From Methanobacteriota archaeon (GTDB taxonomy: Archaea > JAADCQ01 > Methanopyri > Methanopyrales > Methanopyraceae), in contig JAMOPY010000040.1 in the NCBI GenBank assembly GCA_027064305.1, positions 1 through 56,564 of the forward strand: DNA of 56,564 nucleotides, in the 5' to 3' direction. The notes beneath the pieces were generated by a model. The model was given only the letters and a program-made list of their open reading frames with translations. It had not been told where the DNA came from and ran no database searches. The translations under genes were made by a program, and so were the position numbers. The stretch's first letter is position 1; every line of letters starts with the position of its first letter. Shown here one piece after another: positions 1-8,940 of this stretch.

Positions 1-188
1 AGGTCCGCGGCCCTGGCGAGGGCGTCCAGGACCGCCAGCTCCTCCGCGACCCGCCTGGTGAGCCCGAACCCGGTCCCCCGACCCCCGGCCACCCGGCACC
101 GGCACAGGTACCCGCGCACCCTCTCCACGGCGCCCCGGGAGATCCTAAACGGGCGGCGCAGCTCCAGCCTCACGGGCCTGACCCTCAA
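1..188 (-). CDS. N-terminal part of a probable enolase-superfamily (mandelate racemase/dipeptide epimerase-like) protein; runs off the window
   Basis: TTG at 188 reads MRVRPVRLELRRPFRISRGAVERVRG; LxxPFxISRG is typical of the MR/MLE N-terminus. Confidence 0.5.
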   Translation of the reverse strand, partial: MRVRPVRLELRRPFRISRGAVERVRGYLCRCRVAGGRGTGFGLTRRVAEELAVLDALARAAD

Positions 189-202
189 CCTCCCAACCCC
201 GG

Positions 203-988
203 GTGGTCGGGTTGCGGGACGTGCTCTGGGGGACGTTGGAGGCGATCGCGGTGATCGGGGCGGGTCACCTGCTGGCCCACGGGCTGGGCGCGGCCTCCTC
301 CCGGGTCGTGGGGCCCGTGCCGCTGGTGGTGCTGGGCGCGATCAATCCCCACGCGGCGCTCGCGGCGGCGCGCGAGGTGGGGCTCCGGGGGACCCGGCTC
401 CTGGTGGCGAAGCTCTCCTTCAACTCGCTCCCGTACCTGGCCTCCGTCTGGTGCACCTCGCTGGCGCTTCTGGGCCGGGAGGTGGGCGTCCCGTACGCCG
501 TGACGCTGACCCTGGTCGACGCGACCGAGACGCTGATCGGGGCGCTCGCGCTGCGCGGGATCCGAGTCGAGCCGCCGCGTCACCGGTCGTGGAGGGGCGC
601 GCTCCGGGCCGCGCTGCGGTCGACCGCCCGGGCGACCGTGTTCCTGGTTCCCGGGGTGGTGGCCGGGACGCTGCTGGCCCGCTGGGCGTCCGGGTGGCTC
701 GCTCACGGGACCGTGCTGGGTGCGTTCCTGGTGAACCCGGTGGCGGGGTGCTCCGTGCTGTCCGGGCTGCTGGGTGGGGGAGGGGTAAGCCCGGCGGAGG
801 CGTACCGGGCCGCCGTGACCGGTGCCGCGGTGGCGTACGTGGGGAGGTTCCTGCGCAGCTGCGGGCCCGTCACGGTGGCCGTCGCCGGGCCGGCGGAGGG
901 GGCCTGGCTCTCCGCCGCCACCACGCTCGCGGACGTGATCCTGGTGCTGGCGTACGGGGCGTTGGTGGGGAGGCTCGCCTTCGGTTAG
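203..988 (+). CDS. Hypothetical multi-pass membrane protein
   Basis: 261 aa with several hydrophobic segments; its stop overlaps the fen stop. Confidence 0.65.
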   Translation: MVGLRDVLWGTLEAIAVIGAGHLLAHGLGAASSRVVGPVPLVVLGAINPHAALAAAREVGLRGTRLLVAKLSFNSLPYLASVWCTSLALLGREVGVPYAVTLTLVDATETLIGALALRGIRVEPPRHRSWRGALRAALRSTARATVFLVPGVVAGTLLARWASGWLAHGTVLGAFLVNPVAGCSVLSGLLGGGGVSPAEAYRAAVTGAAVAYVGRFLRSCGPVTVAVAGPAEGAWLSAATTLADVILVLAYGALVGRLAFG

Positions 989-2031
989 AAGAACGCGTCC
1001 AGCGTCTCTTGCTTGCCCTTCCGCTCCAGCTCCCTCACGGCCTTCTTCAGCCGGTCGACCGCGCGTCGGACGCGGTCCTCGGAGAAATCGCGCTCCTTGA
1101 CCAGAAACTCGACGATCCCCTCCTCGTCCGGCTCCTCCCACTCGAGCTCGTAGTCGTCCGTGACCTCCGGCTCCAGGAACAGCGAGCGGATCTCCTCGGG
1201 GTCGGCGGGCAGGTGGCGCTCGATCTTGGGCCAGAGCTCGGTGTCCCTGAGCCCGTCCAGGGACCCGTACCGCCGGATCAGCTTGAGCGCCTGCTTGGGT
1301 CCTATCCCGGGGACCCCGTCGGGGTTGTAGTCCGTGCCCAGCAGGATGGCGAGGTCCACCAGCTGCTCCCGGGACTCCAGCCCCAGCTGGTCGAGCACGT
1401 CCTCCAGCCTCAGGAGCTCCGGTTTCACCTCGATGATCTCGCCGGTGTGCGGGTGCCTTCGTTGGCCCACGATCGTGAGGTTCCTCACGAGCCGCGGGGA
1501 CCCGAACAGGAGCGAGTCGTAGTCCTGGCTGCCGGCCGCCCACACGTCCCCTCGCCGCGCCATGTGCGCGCACTGGGCCTCGCCCTCGGACGGGGCCTGC
1601 ACCCAGGGGATGCCCATCAGGTCGAGCAGCCGCTTCGCGTCCTCGATCAGCTCGTCGCTGAGCCGCACGACCTGCCGGGCGTACTTCTCCCGCTCCTCCG
1701 GGGTCGAGGCCCGCTTCAGCCGTTCCTCCGCCTCCCGCTTCCGCTCCTCCCGCTCGCGCAGGGTTCGGCGCTTCAGCTCGGGTGGCTCCCCGTCGAACAC
1801 GTACACGGGCTTGATGCCCTCCTCCACCAGGTTCACCGTCCGGTACAGGAGCCCGTTCAGATGGCTGGTGATCCGGCCCTGAGAGTCCATGAGCGGGCGG
1901 CCGTCCTTCATGATCGTGGTCAGGAACTGGTACAGCGCGTTGAACGCGTCGATCGCGATCTCCCGGCCGGACAGGGCCTTCAGCTCCGTCTCCTCCGGCT
2001 CGATCAGCTCCCGCAGCTCCGACAGTCCCAC
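985..2031 (-). CDS. fen: Flap endonuclease 1
   Basis: IAIDAFNALYQF, VFDG, APSEGEAQ, SQDYDSLLFG, GTDYN motifs; C-terminal PIP box QETLDAFF; start moved to GTG 2031. Confidence 0.97.
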   Translation of the reverse strand: MGLSELRELIEPEETELKALSGREIAIDAFNALYQFLTTIMKDGRPLMDSQGRITSHLNGLLYRTVNLVEEGIKPVYVFDGEPPELKRRTLREREERKREAEERLKRASTPEEREKYARQVVRLSDELIEDAKRLLDLMGIPWVQAPSEGEAQCAHMARRGDVWAAGSQDYDSLLFGSPRLVRNLTIVGQRRHPHTGEIIEVKPELLRLEDVLDQLGLESREQLVDLAILLGTDYNPDGVPGIGPKQALKLIRRYGSLDGLRDTELWPKIERHLPADPEEIRSLFLEPEVTDDYELEWEEPDEEGIVEFLVKERDFSEDRVRRAVDRLKKAVRELERKGKQETLDAFF

Positions 2032-2079
2032 GGTTGGCCCCTCAACGGAGTGACCGGCCCGCACTTTTAACCCGTGGGG

Positions 2080-2142
2080 CGTCGGGTAAGTCCGCCCTCG
2101 TCATCCCGAACCGGTCAGGACCGAGGGCGCTCCTCATCCTCG
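2080..2142 (-). ncRNA. Box C/D sRNA overlapping the pyrK stop codon
   Basis: C AGGATGA (2140-2134), D' CTGA (2118-2115), C' GGGATGA (2107-2101), D CCGA (2085-2082); D guide complementary to 16S TAAGTCCGCC (12058-12067). Confidence 0.8.
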
Positions 2143-2915
2143 GGCAGGCCGGACGCGCCCCGGCGGACCCGGCCGAACTCCGTGCCCTCCAGCTCCTCCG
2201 CCCAGAAGACCGGGCCGTCCCGGCAGACGAGGAGCCCCCGGCCCAGCGCGCACGACCCGCACACGCCCTCCCCGCACTTGACGTACCGCACCACGCTCAC
2301 CTGGCAGGGCACCCGGAACCTCCGGGCGAGCTCCACCACGCGGGCGAGCATGGCCTCCGGACCGCAGGCGTACACCGCGTCCACGCGACCGTCCCGCAGC
2401 AGCCCCTCGAGCACGTCCGTCGGGTACCCCTTCCGCCCCGCGCTCCCGTCCTCCGTCGTCAGGTAAAACTCGTCCGAAAACCGCTCCAGCTCGCGGCGCC
2501 TGGGCAGGCGATCCCGGTGCGGGCCGCCCAGGATCCCGTGGACCCGGATCCCGCGCTCCCGCAGCCACCGGGCCAGGGGCACCAGCGGCGCGACCCCGGT
2601 CCCGCCGGCCACGACCGCGGCCCGACGCCCCACCGGTTCGAACGGTCGTCCGTAGGGGCCCCGCACCCACACCCAGTCCCCGGGCCGGAGCCGGGCGCAC
2701 CGCCTCGTGAACGGTCCCACCACCTCCACGGTTAGCACGAGCTCCCGCTCGTCGCCCCCGGAGAACGCCATCGGTTTCTCGTCCACGCCCGGGATTCCCA
2801 GCATCAGGAACTGCCCGGGGAGCCACCTCACCTCCTCCTCCGGCTCGAGCCGCAGCACGCGCGTGCGCTCGCACTCCCGCCGGTTCTCCACGACCCGGGC
2901 CGGCACCGGGTTCAC
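2115..2915 (-). CDS. pyrK: Dihydroorotate dehydrogenase electron transfer subunit
   Basis: PGQF, RGPYG, AGGTGVAP, ACGPE, KCGEGVCGSC...VCRDGPVF; GTG start overlaps the pyrD stop. Confidence 0.93.
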   Translation of the reverse strand: MNPVPARVVENRRECERTRVLRLEPEEEVRWLPGQFLMLGIPGVDEKPMAFSGGDERELVLTVEVVGPFTRRCARLRPGDWVWVRGPYGRPFEPVGRRAAVVAGGTGVAPLVPLARWLRERGIRVHGILGGPHRDRLPRRRELERFSDEFYLTTEDGSAGRKGYPTDVLEGLLRDGRVDAVYACGPEAMLARVVELARRFRVPCQVSVVRYVKCGEGVCGSCALGRGLLVCRDGPVFWAEELEGTEFGRVRRGASGLPEDEERPRS

Positions 2916-3868
2916 CCGACCCACCCCAACCGCCGCAGCCGCTCCTCGTACTCCGGAAGCGCCGCCCCGATCACCTCCTCAAAGTCACCGTACCCCAGGT
3001 CCCGGAGCGCCCGCTCGGCCTCCCGCGCGATCTCCGAGAAGGAGCGGTCCCGGGCGGCCGTGGCGACCTGCACGGCCCGGGCCCCCGCCATCAGGAACTC
3101 GAGCACGTCCTCGCCCGAGCGCACGCCGCCGACGCCGAGGATCTCCACCTCGTCGCCCAGCTCCAGGGCCAGGTCGGCCACGACCCGGAGGGCCACCGGC
3201 TTGAGGGCCGGACCGGAGAGTCCTCCCACGCCGGCCCCCAGGAGCGGGCTCGCGGTGCGCAGGTCGATCCGCAGGCACGGGCCCAGGGTGTTGACCGCCG
3301 TGAGCGCGTCCGCCCCCGCGTCCACGGCCGCCGCGGCCACCTCCAGTAGGGTGCGGCGGTCCACGTTCGGGGTTAGCTTGACGGAAACCGGGCCGTCGAA
3401 CGCGCCGACCACCGCCTCCACGATCTCCCCCACGAGCTCCGGGTCCGTGCCCAGCTCGGCCCCCATCCCCCGCCCCGCGTGCGGGCACGAGACGTTGACC
3501 TCCAGCCCGTCGACCTCCCCGCGGAGCCCCCTAGCCAGCCGCTCGAACCCCTCCGGGTCCTCCGCGGCGATGCTGGCGTACAGGGGCACGTCGTACCGCT
3601 CCCGGAAGGCGCGGAGCTCGCGCCGCATCCCCTCCAGCCCGGGGTTGGGCAGCCCCATCGCGTTGAGCGCGTACCCCTCGTCATCGAACGTCAGAAAGGC
3701 GGGGCCGGGATGGCCGTCGCGCGGCTCCTCGGTGATCGTCTTGGTGAACACGGCGGACGCGCCGCGCGTCACGGCGCTCTCCAGGCCGGGAAGGTGGGCG
3801 GCGAGGGCGCCGGAGGCGCAGGCCACCGGGTGCCTCCACTCGCGCCCCAGCACCCGCACGCGGCTCAC
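2912..3868 (-). CDS. pyrD: Dihydroorotate dehydrogenase catalytic subunit
   Basis: ASG, KTIT, NAMGLPNPG, NVSCPH, KLTPN, NT, GGLSG motifs. Confidence 0.95.
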   Translation of the reverse strand: MSRVRVLGREWRHPVACASGALAAHLPGLESAVTRGASAVFTKTITEEPRDGHPGPAFLTFDDEGYALNAMGLPNPGLEGMRRELRAFRERYDVPLYASIAAEDPEGFERLARGLRGEVDGLEVNVSCPHAGRGMGAELGTDPELVGEIVEAVVGAFDGPVSVKLTPNVDRRTLLEVAAAAVDAGADALTAVNTLGPCLRIDLRTASPLLGAGVGGLSGPALKPVALRVVADLALELGDEVEILGVGGVRSGEDVLEFLMAGARAVQVATAARDRSFSEIAREAERALRDLGYGDFEEVIGAALPEYEERLRRLGWVG

Positions 3869-4473
3869 CCGAGGAACCGAACCTTGATCCGACTCACCCC
3901 GTCCAGCGCCCGGTCCATGTCGGTCAGCGCCCGCTCGATCTCCAGCACCAACGGGGCCACGTCCCCACCCAACCCCTCCTCCGACAGCAGCGAGCGGAGC
4001 TCCGTCCTTACCTTTTCCTCCTCCTCCCGCACCTCCTCCGCGCGCTTCGCGGCCTCCTCCACGTCCTCCTCCAGCTTTTCCACCGCCTCCCGGAGCCCGG
4101 AGGCCAGCTTCGCGATCATCTCCGCGACCCGGTCGATCCTCTCCCGCTGCTCCTCGCTGAGCTCGTCGTAGCTCCCTATCAGGAGCGAGACCACGCTGAG
4201 CAGCGCCTCCGCCGCGCGTCGAACGTTCTCCGCGATGTAGTTCAGGTCCTCCCGGACGACCGGGACCATGGGACCGCTCTCCATCTCCTCCTCGACGCGG
4301 TCCCGGAGCTCGGTCACCTCCTCGCTCAGGGACTCCTGCCGCTCCTCCAGGTCCTTACTGGGCCCGTCACCCAGCGCGTCGTGGACGAGGGAGCACGCCT
4401 CGATCATCGCGTCCAGCTCCTCGAGCAGCACGGTCAGGGCCCGCTCCGCGGGGCGGGTGCTCGGGCGGAGCAT
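3865..4473 (-). CDS. PhoU-like/DUF47 phosphate transport regulator
   Basis: Helical acidic 202 aa protein (C-terminal part of the 3865..5175 ORF) directly downstream of a PiT transporter. Confidence 0.75.
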   Translation of the reverse strand: MLRPSTRPAERALTVLLEELDAMIEACSLVHDALGDGPSKDLEERQESLSEEVTELRDRVEEEMESGPMVPVVREDLNYIAENVRRAAEALLSVVSLLIGSYDELSEEQRERIDRVAEMIAKLASGLREAVEKLEEDVEEAAKRAEEVREEEEKVRTELRSLLSEEGLGGDVAPLVLEIERALTDMDRALDGVSRIKVRFLG

Positions 4474-4478
4474 CAAGC

Positions 4479-5444
4479 TCAGACCGCCCCTTTGGCCAGG
4501 AGGTATAGGCGAGCGAGCGCGAAGGCCATGAGGAACGCCCCGACGGGGCTCGCGACCCAGGTTATGAGAATCTTCCTGACCGTGTACAGGTTCAACTCTC
4601 CCTGAGACAGCCCCACCCCGATGACCGCGCCCGAGGTCGTCTCGTTGATCGAGATCGGGAGGCCGAACTCCGAGGCGCCGTGGGTCACCATCGCGGCGGA
4701 GAGCTGGGCGGAGAAGGCCGTAATCGGGTCGAGCTTGGTGATCTTGCGCCCCACGGTCTCGATCACGCGGGAGCCGGCCGTCAGGGCGCCCAGGGAGATC
4801 ATGACGCCGCCGATCACGGACGCCGTTCGGACGTCCAGCACCCCCGCCATCACGAGCGGGGCGACCGCGTTGGCCGCGTTGTTCGCCCCGATGGAGTACG
4901 CCACGTAACAGCCGGAGACCATGAGGAACAGCCTCATCATGCGCTCCAGCTCGCCCAGCGAGCGCCGCCTGGAGCGCAGCTCCCTGCGCAGCCACCGCGA
5001 GATCACGTACGCGGGCGCGGCGGCGATCGTGGGCGCGACCAGCCAGCTCACGGCGATCTCGGAGAGCTTGTCCCAGTTCACGGGGAGCCCGAGGGCGTAC
5101 CCCGTCCCGGCGATGGCGCCCACGGTGGCCTGGGTGGTGGAGATCGGTACGCCGAGCATGACCGCCACGTGGCACCAGACGGCCGCGACGAACACGGTCG
5201 CGCCCGCCAGGACGGGGTCCAGGTGGGCCTGGACCACGCCCTTACCCAGCGTCTTGACGACCTTGTGCCCCTCCAGCACGGCGCCCGCGGTCGTGAACAC
5301 GGCGATCAGGAGGACGGCCCGCCGGATCGTGAGCACGCCGGCCCCTACCGCCGATCCCATCGCGGCGCCCGCGTCGTCCGCCCCGATCGTCCAGCCCATG
5401 TACAGGGACGGGATCGCCACCGCCAGGAGGTCGAGAAGGCTCAC
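4479..5444 (-). CDS. Inorganic phosphate transporter, PiT family
   Basis: GADDA and GANNAANA signatures, GVPISTTQ, GSRVIETVG..IT.L; hydrophobic. Confidence 0.9.
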   Translation of the reverse strand: MSLLDLLAVAIPSLYMGWTIGADDAGAAMGSAVGAGVLTIRRAVLLIAVFTTAGAVLEGHKVVKTLGKGVVQAHLDPVLAGATVFVAAVWCHVAVMLGVPISTTQATVGAIAGTGYALGLPVNWDKLSEIAVSWLVAPTIAAAPAYVISRWLRRELRSRRRSLGELERMMRLFLMVSGCYVAYSIGANNAANAVAPLVMAGVLDVRTASVIGGVMISLGALTAGSRVIETVGRKITKLDPITAFSAQLSAAMVTHGASEFGLPISINETTSGAVIGVGLSQGELNLYTVRKILITWVASPVGAFLMAFALARLYLLAKGAV

Positions 5445-5462
5445 ACTCGCACCCCGTGGCTC

Positions 5463-5518
5463 CCTCGGCTCGGCTCTCCGTCGTCATACCTCGGACTGGG
5501 GCTGCCTCCTCATCGGGC
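5463..5518 (-). ncRNA. Box C/D sRNA; guides match the 23S peptidyl-transferase region
   Basis: C CCGATGA (5516-5510), D' CCGA, C' GGTATGA, D CCGA (5468-5465); targets CTGGGGCTG and TCGGCTCT match the conserved 23S sequence GAUGUCGGCUC...CCUGGGGCUG (recalled; 23S is not in the window). Confidence 0.75.
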
Positions 5519-5524
5519 CCCTCC

Positions 5525-5580
5525 TTTCACGGGGGACCGCCTCATCACGGTGTCAGGAGGGGTGAATCCAGTCATCGGGA
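5525..5580 (-). ncRNA. Box C/D sRNA targeting 16S
   Basis: C CCGATGA (5578-5572), D' CTGA, C' GTGATGA, D GTGA (5530-5527); guides complementary to 16S AGGGGTGAA (11870-11878) and GGGGGACCGCC (11893-11903). Confidence 0.85.
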
Positions 5581-5593
5581 CCCGGCTCCCACG

Positions 5594-5601
5594 TATAAAA
5601 A
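5594..5601 (-). promoter_or_regulatory. TATA box for the sRNA-sRNA-pit-pyrD-pyrK unit
   Basis: TTTTTATA on the minus strand, about 16-23 nt upstream of the box C at 5578. Confidence 0.6.
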
Positions 5602-5611
5602 GTGGACGGTG

Positions 5612-5668
5612 GCTCAGAGCGGGAGTAACTCGTCATCCGCGCGTCGGCTAGCGAAACGCTCATCACGG
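5612..5668 (-). ncRNA. Box C/D sRNA directly after fibrillarin; guides match 23S H69-H70
   Basis: C GTGATGA (5666-5660), D' CCGA, C' CGGATGA, D CTGA (5617-5614); targets GCGGGAGTAACT and TAGCGAAA resemble conserved 23S GGCGGGAGUAACUAU and GGUAGCGAAA (recalled). Confidence 0.85.
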
Positions 5669-5678
5669 TCGGGCCGGG

Positions 5679-6377
5679 TTACCCCTGGTACTCCGCCACG
5701 ATGCCCACGTGATCGCGCTCGTACGGCTCCAGGTCGATGACCTCCAGGATCTCGAAGCCCCGCTCCTCCAGCTTCCGCTCCTCCTCCCGGAACACTTCCT
5801 CCGGCTCCTTCGTCACGTCGATCGAACGGGCCTTGACCGCCACGATGATGACGCCGCCCGGCTTCAGGAACGCCTCCGCGTTGTCCGCCACGACCTCCGC
5901 CTGCTTCGGCTGCGCGATGTCCTGGTAGATCACGTCCACCTGCTCCACGATCTCCGCGTACTCGTGCGGCTTGGTCGCGTCGCCCAGGATCGGGACCATG
6001 TTCGGCCGCTTCTCGCACACCGGGATCAGCTCCTGCATCATTCGCGACGCGAACTCCACGCAGTACTCGATCCCCTCCTCCCTGATGATGTCCGACACGT
6101 GCGAGGGCGTCGTACCCGCCGCCGCGCCCAGGTAGAGGACCTTGCTCCCCTCCTCGAACGGGAAGTGCTCCATCCCGTTCATGATCATCGCGGCCAGCTT
6201 GCTCCGGTTGGGCTCCCACACTCGGTACTCCGTCCCGTCCTGCTTGACCAACCGCTCCCCGTACACCTGATGACCGGGCACCAGGTTCTCCGTCGCGGGC
6301 TTCCGCGTCCCGTCCTCGAAGATCGCCCAGTACACGCCCTCAAACTCCTCGTGCGGCTCGATCTCGATCTCCACCAT
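5679..6377 (-). CDS. flpA: Fibrillarin-like rRNA/tRNA 2'-O-methyltransferase
   Basis: VYGE, YRVWEPNRSKLAA, VLYLGAAAGTTPSHVSD, DIAQPKQ, KARSIDVT. Confidence 0.98.
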   Translation of the reverse strand: MVEIEIEPHEEFEGVYWAIFEDGTRKPATENLVPGHQVYGERLVKQDGTEYRVWEPNRSKLAAMIMNGMEHFPFEEGSKVLYLGAAAGTTPSHVSDIIREEGIEYCVEFASRMMQELIPVCEKRPNMVPILGDATKPHEYAEIVEQVDVIYQDIAQPKQAEVVADNAEAFLKPGGVIIVAVKARSIDVTKEPEEVFREEERKLEERGFEILEVIDLEPYERDHVGIVAEYQG

Positions 6378-6420
6378 CCGGCCCCACCCCCGTGGACCGT
6401 GGGGTTAGGAGGGGAAAAAT

Positions 6421-7695
6421 TCAGCGCCGGCGGGAGCGACGCCTCCGATCCCGACGCGAGCGCCGGGGCGAGCGCCGCCGCCGACCCCCGCGACGACCAC
6501 CGCGACGACCGCGCGGCGGCCGACCGCGCCCGCGCCGCTTCGGCGGCCGCGGGTACTTCTCCTTGATCTCCTTCACCCGCTGCTCCAGCTGCCGCTTCAG
6601 CTCGTCGCCCCGGTACTCGCCCGAGTACGCGTCGATCCGCGCCGCGATCGCCAGCTTGCCCGCCAGCGCCCGCGCGATCTTACCCCGCTGCCACCACGGG
6701 CTCCGGTGAATGAGCGGGTGCTGGAAGATCACCCCGTGCTTCGGCGGCTTCGTGCCCTTCGTCAGGTGCCGGAACAGCGCCTTCTCCGCGCCCAGCAGCT
6801 GGATCGTGCTCGCCGGCAGCCGCGCCATCTCCTTCAGCCCGCCGGCCAGCGCGATCAGCCGCGCCCCGATCAGCGGGCCCACCAGCGCCTTGATGTTCGG
6901 GGCCACGTCGTCCATCGACTCGTCGATGTACTCCGCCGTCTTCCGCCGGATCTCGTACAGCTCCCGCGCGATCTCCGCCACCCGCTGCACGGCCCGCAGG
7001 TCCTTCTCGTCCATCTCCGCCCCCATCGAGTCCTTCGCCGCCTCCTCCAGCTTCTCCGCCAGGTGGTCCGGGAAGTCCGGCAGCACCTCCTTGATCCGCT
7101 CCTTCGTGAAGTTGTCCCGGTGCCCCAGCTCCGCCACCAACGTCACGAAGTCATCGTGTTTCTTCACGATCTTGTTGATCTCCGGGAAGTGGATCCCGTA
7201 CCACTCCCGCACCCGATCCGTCAGGATGTTCAGGATCCGGTCGATGTCGTCGATCGTGTTGATCGCCTGGATGATCATCTGGTCCCGCTCCTCGACCGTC
7301 TCCCGCACCTTCCGCTTCGACAGCTTGATCCCGACCTCGTACGCCAGCTCCGCGAACTCCTCCTCCGACCCGACCACGCCCGCCTCCACGGCCAGCTCCC
7401 GCGCCCGCTCCCGCAGGATCTCGCCCGCCACGTTCGGAAACTCCACGATCAGCTCGCCGTCCACCACCTCCTCCAGCCGCTGCCGGTCCGCCTTCGTCCC
7501 CTCGAAGTTGATCGTGTCCGCCTCCAACCGGGAGAGCAGCTTCTCCTCCTCCTCCAACACCTCTCCGCGCTCCTTCCGGATCAACCGCTCCACGATCTCG
7601 TCCGGGTCCGACGGGAACGGCTCGCTGTCGATCAGGTTCCCCTCCTCATCGAACGCGTACACGCCCGTGATGTTCTCGGCCACGTACACGCCCAA
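6421..7695 (-). CDS. nop5: C/D box RNP protein Nop5 (Nop56/58)
   Basis: REWYGIHFPE, PASTIQLLGAEKALF, PKHGVIF, RGKIARALAGK; Arg-rich tail. Confidence 0.98.
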   Translation of the reverse strand: MGVYVAENITGVYAFDEEGNLIDSEPFPSDPDEIVERLIRKERGEVLEEEEKLLSRLEADTINFEGTKADRQRLEEVVDGELIVEFPNVAGEILRERARELAVEAGVVGSEEEFAELAYEVGIKLSKRKVRETVEERDQMIIQAINTIDDIDRILNILTDRVREWYGIHFPEINKIVKKHDDFVTLVAELGHRDNFTKERIKEVLPDFPDHLAEKLEEAAKDSMGAEMDEKDLRAVQRVAEIARELYEIRRKTAEYIDESMDDVAPNIKALVGPLIGARLIALAGGLKEMARLPASTIQLLGAEKALFRHLTKGTKPPKHGVIFQHPLIHRSPWWQRGKIARALAGKLAIAARIDAYSGEYRGDELKRQLEQRVKEIKEKYPRPPKRRGRGRPPRGRRGGRRGGRRRRSPRRSRRDRRRRSRRR

Positions 7696-7823
7696 CGCGC
7701 CCGCACCCCCTCGATCATCGACCCCTCACCGCCGAGGGCCCGCGACACCTCAGAAAAACCCTCGTTTCCCATTCCCGCGCGGCGCGCGCCCACCCACGCT
7801 CCCGAGTTATTTGAACCCTTTTC

Positions 7824-8810
7824 TCACCCGCGCACCTCGAACCCCTCGTTCCGCGGCTCCGACACGATCACCTCGCCCCCCACCCCCCGCTCCCTCAGGA
7901 ACCGCTCCAACTCCCGCGCCACGCCGCCCGCCGACGCCGAGTCGCACACCGCGTACACCGTCGGACCGAACGAGCTCAACCCCGCCCCGTACGCGCCCGC
8001 CTCCCGCGCCACCTCCATCAACTCCCGCACCACCGCGTCCTGCAGCCCCACCTCCACCCGCTTGAACCCCAACCCCTGCACCTCATCCACCGCCCGACCG
8101 AACGCCTCCGCGTCACCCTCCGCCACCGCCGGCAGCATCACCATCAGCACCAACCGACACACCCGCTCCACCTCCCGCGCCGGCACCGGGCAGTACCGCC
8201 GGAAGATGTCCACCTCCTCCTCCCCGTGCGCCCCCCGCCGAACCTCCGGGATCGCCAGCACGAACCGCCAGTCCCCCGGCACCTCCAACCGCGCCACCAC
8301 CGGCGCCGGCGGCACCTCCCCCGACGCCGCCGACGGCTTGAACCCCTCCTTACCCCCCGGACCGAACCGGTGCCCCCCATCCACGATGAACCCACCACCC
8401 TCGAACGCCGCCACCCCGATCCCCGACGTCCCACCGCGACCCAGCAGGTCCGCCAGCCCCCGCACGTCGTAATCCTCCACCCCGAACGCCTCCAACACGC
8501 CCACCGCCACCGACAACGTCGCCTGCGTCCCCGAGCCCAACCCCACGTGCTCCGGGTACGACCGCCGCACCACCACCCGCACCCCGCCCTCCAGCCCGAA
8601 CCCCTCCAACACCGCCCGCGCCGCCCGCTCCGCCTTCACCGCCACCTCCCCCTCACCCTCCACCGTCACCCCCTCCTCCGCCCGCTCCACCTCGAACTCC
8701 ATCCACGGCCGCTCCAACGTCACCCCCACGCTCCCGTCCACCCGACCCAACCCACCGTGCAGGTCGATCAGCGTCACGTGCAGCCGCGAGACCGACCGCA
8801 CCACGACCAA
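7824..8810 (-). CDS. mptG: Beta-ribofuranosylaminobenzene 5'-phosphate synthase (GHMP family)
   Basis: SRLHVTLID, HVGLGSGTQ, GRGGTSGIG, GGFIVDGGH, SSFGPTVY; TTG 8810 follows an SD-like GGGGTG. Confidence 0.9.
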   Translation of the reverse strand: MVVVRSVSRLHVTLIDLHGGLGRVDGSVGVTLERPWMEFEVERAEEGVTVEGEGEVAVKAERAARAVLEGFGLEGGVRVVVRRSYPEHVGLGSGTQATLSVAVGVLEAFGVEDYDVRGLADLLGRGGTSGIGVAAFEGGGFIVDGGHRFGPGGKEGFKPSAASGEVPPAPVVARLEVPGDWRFVLAIPEVRRGAHGEEEVDIFRRYCPVPAREVERVCRLVLMVMLPAVAEGDAEAFGRAVDEVQGLGFKRVEVGLQDAVVRELMEVAREAGAYGAGLSSFGPTVYAVCDSASAGGVARELERFLRERGVGGEVIVSEPRNEGFEVRG

Positions 8811-8864
8811 GACCCGGGCACCCCTCACCCCCACCCAAGGGAAAGCGTAAAACCGCTGCGACCC

Positions 8865-8929
8865 GGTCGGGGGCCGTGGAGGCCGATCATCGGGAACCCC
8901 CTCACCCCCGGACTAGCTCCCCATCCCGG
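8865..8929 (-). ncRNA. Possible box C/D sRNA
   Basis: Degenerate C GGGATGG, D' GTGA, C' CCGATGA, D CCGA at sRNA spacing; one guide has only an 8-nt match to 16S (CGGACTAG, 12005-12012). Confidence 0.45.
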
Positions 8930-8940
8930 GGCCCACCCAC

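Noticed and set aside
58-2070. Long Arg/Gly/Pro-rich ORFs (58..2070 and similar, such as 6706..8472, 19743..21659, 24089..26125, 49339..50991, 54547..56538)
   Set aside because: Shadow frames of well-supported genes in high-GC DNA; no recognisable motifs
4479-5444. Altered PiT GAND signatures (GADD and GANN)
   Set aside because: Such variation is common in prokaryotic PiT proteins; no new function can be supported
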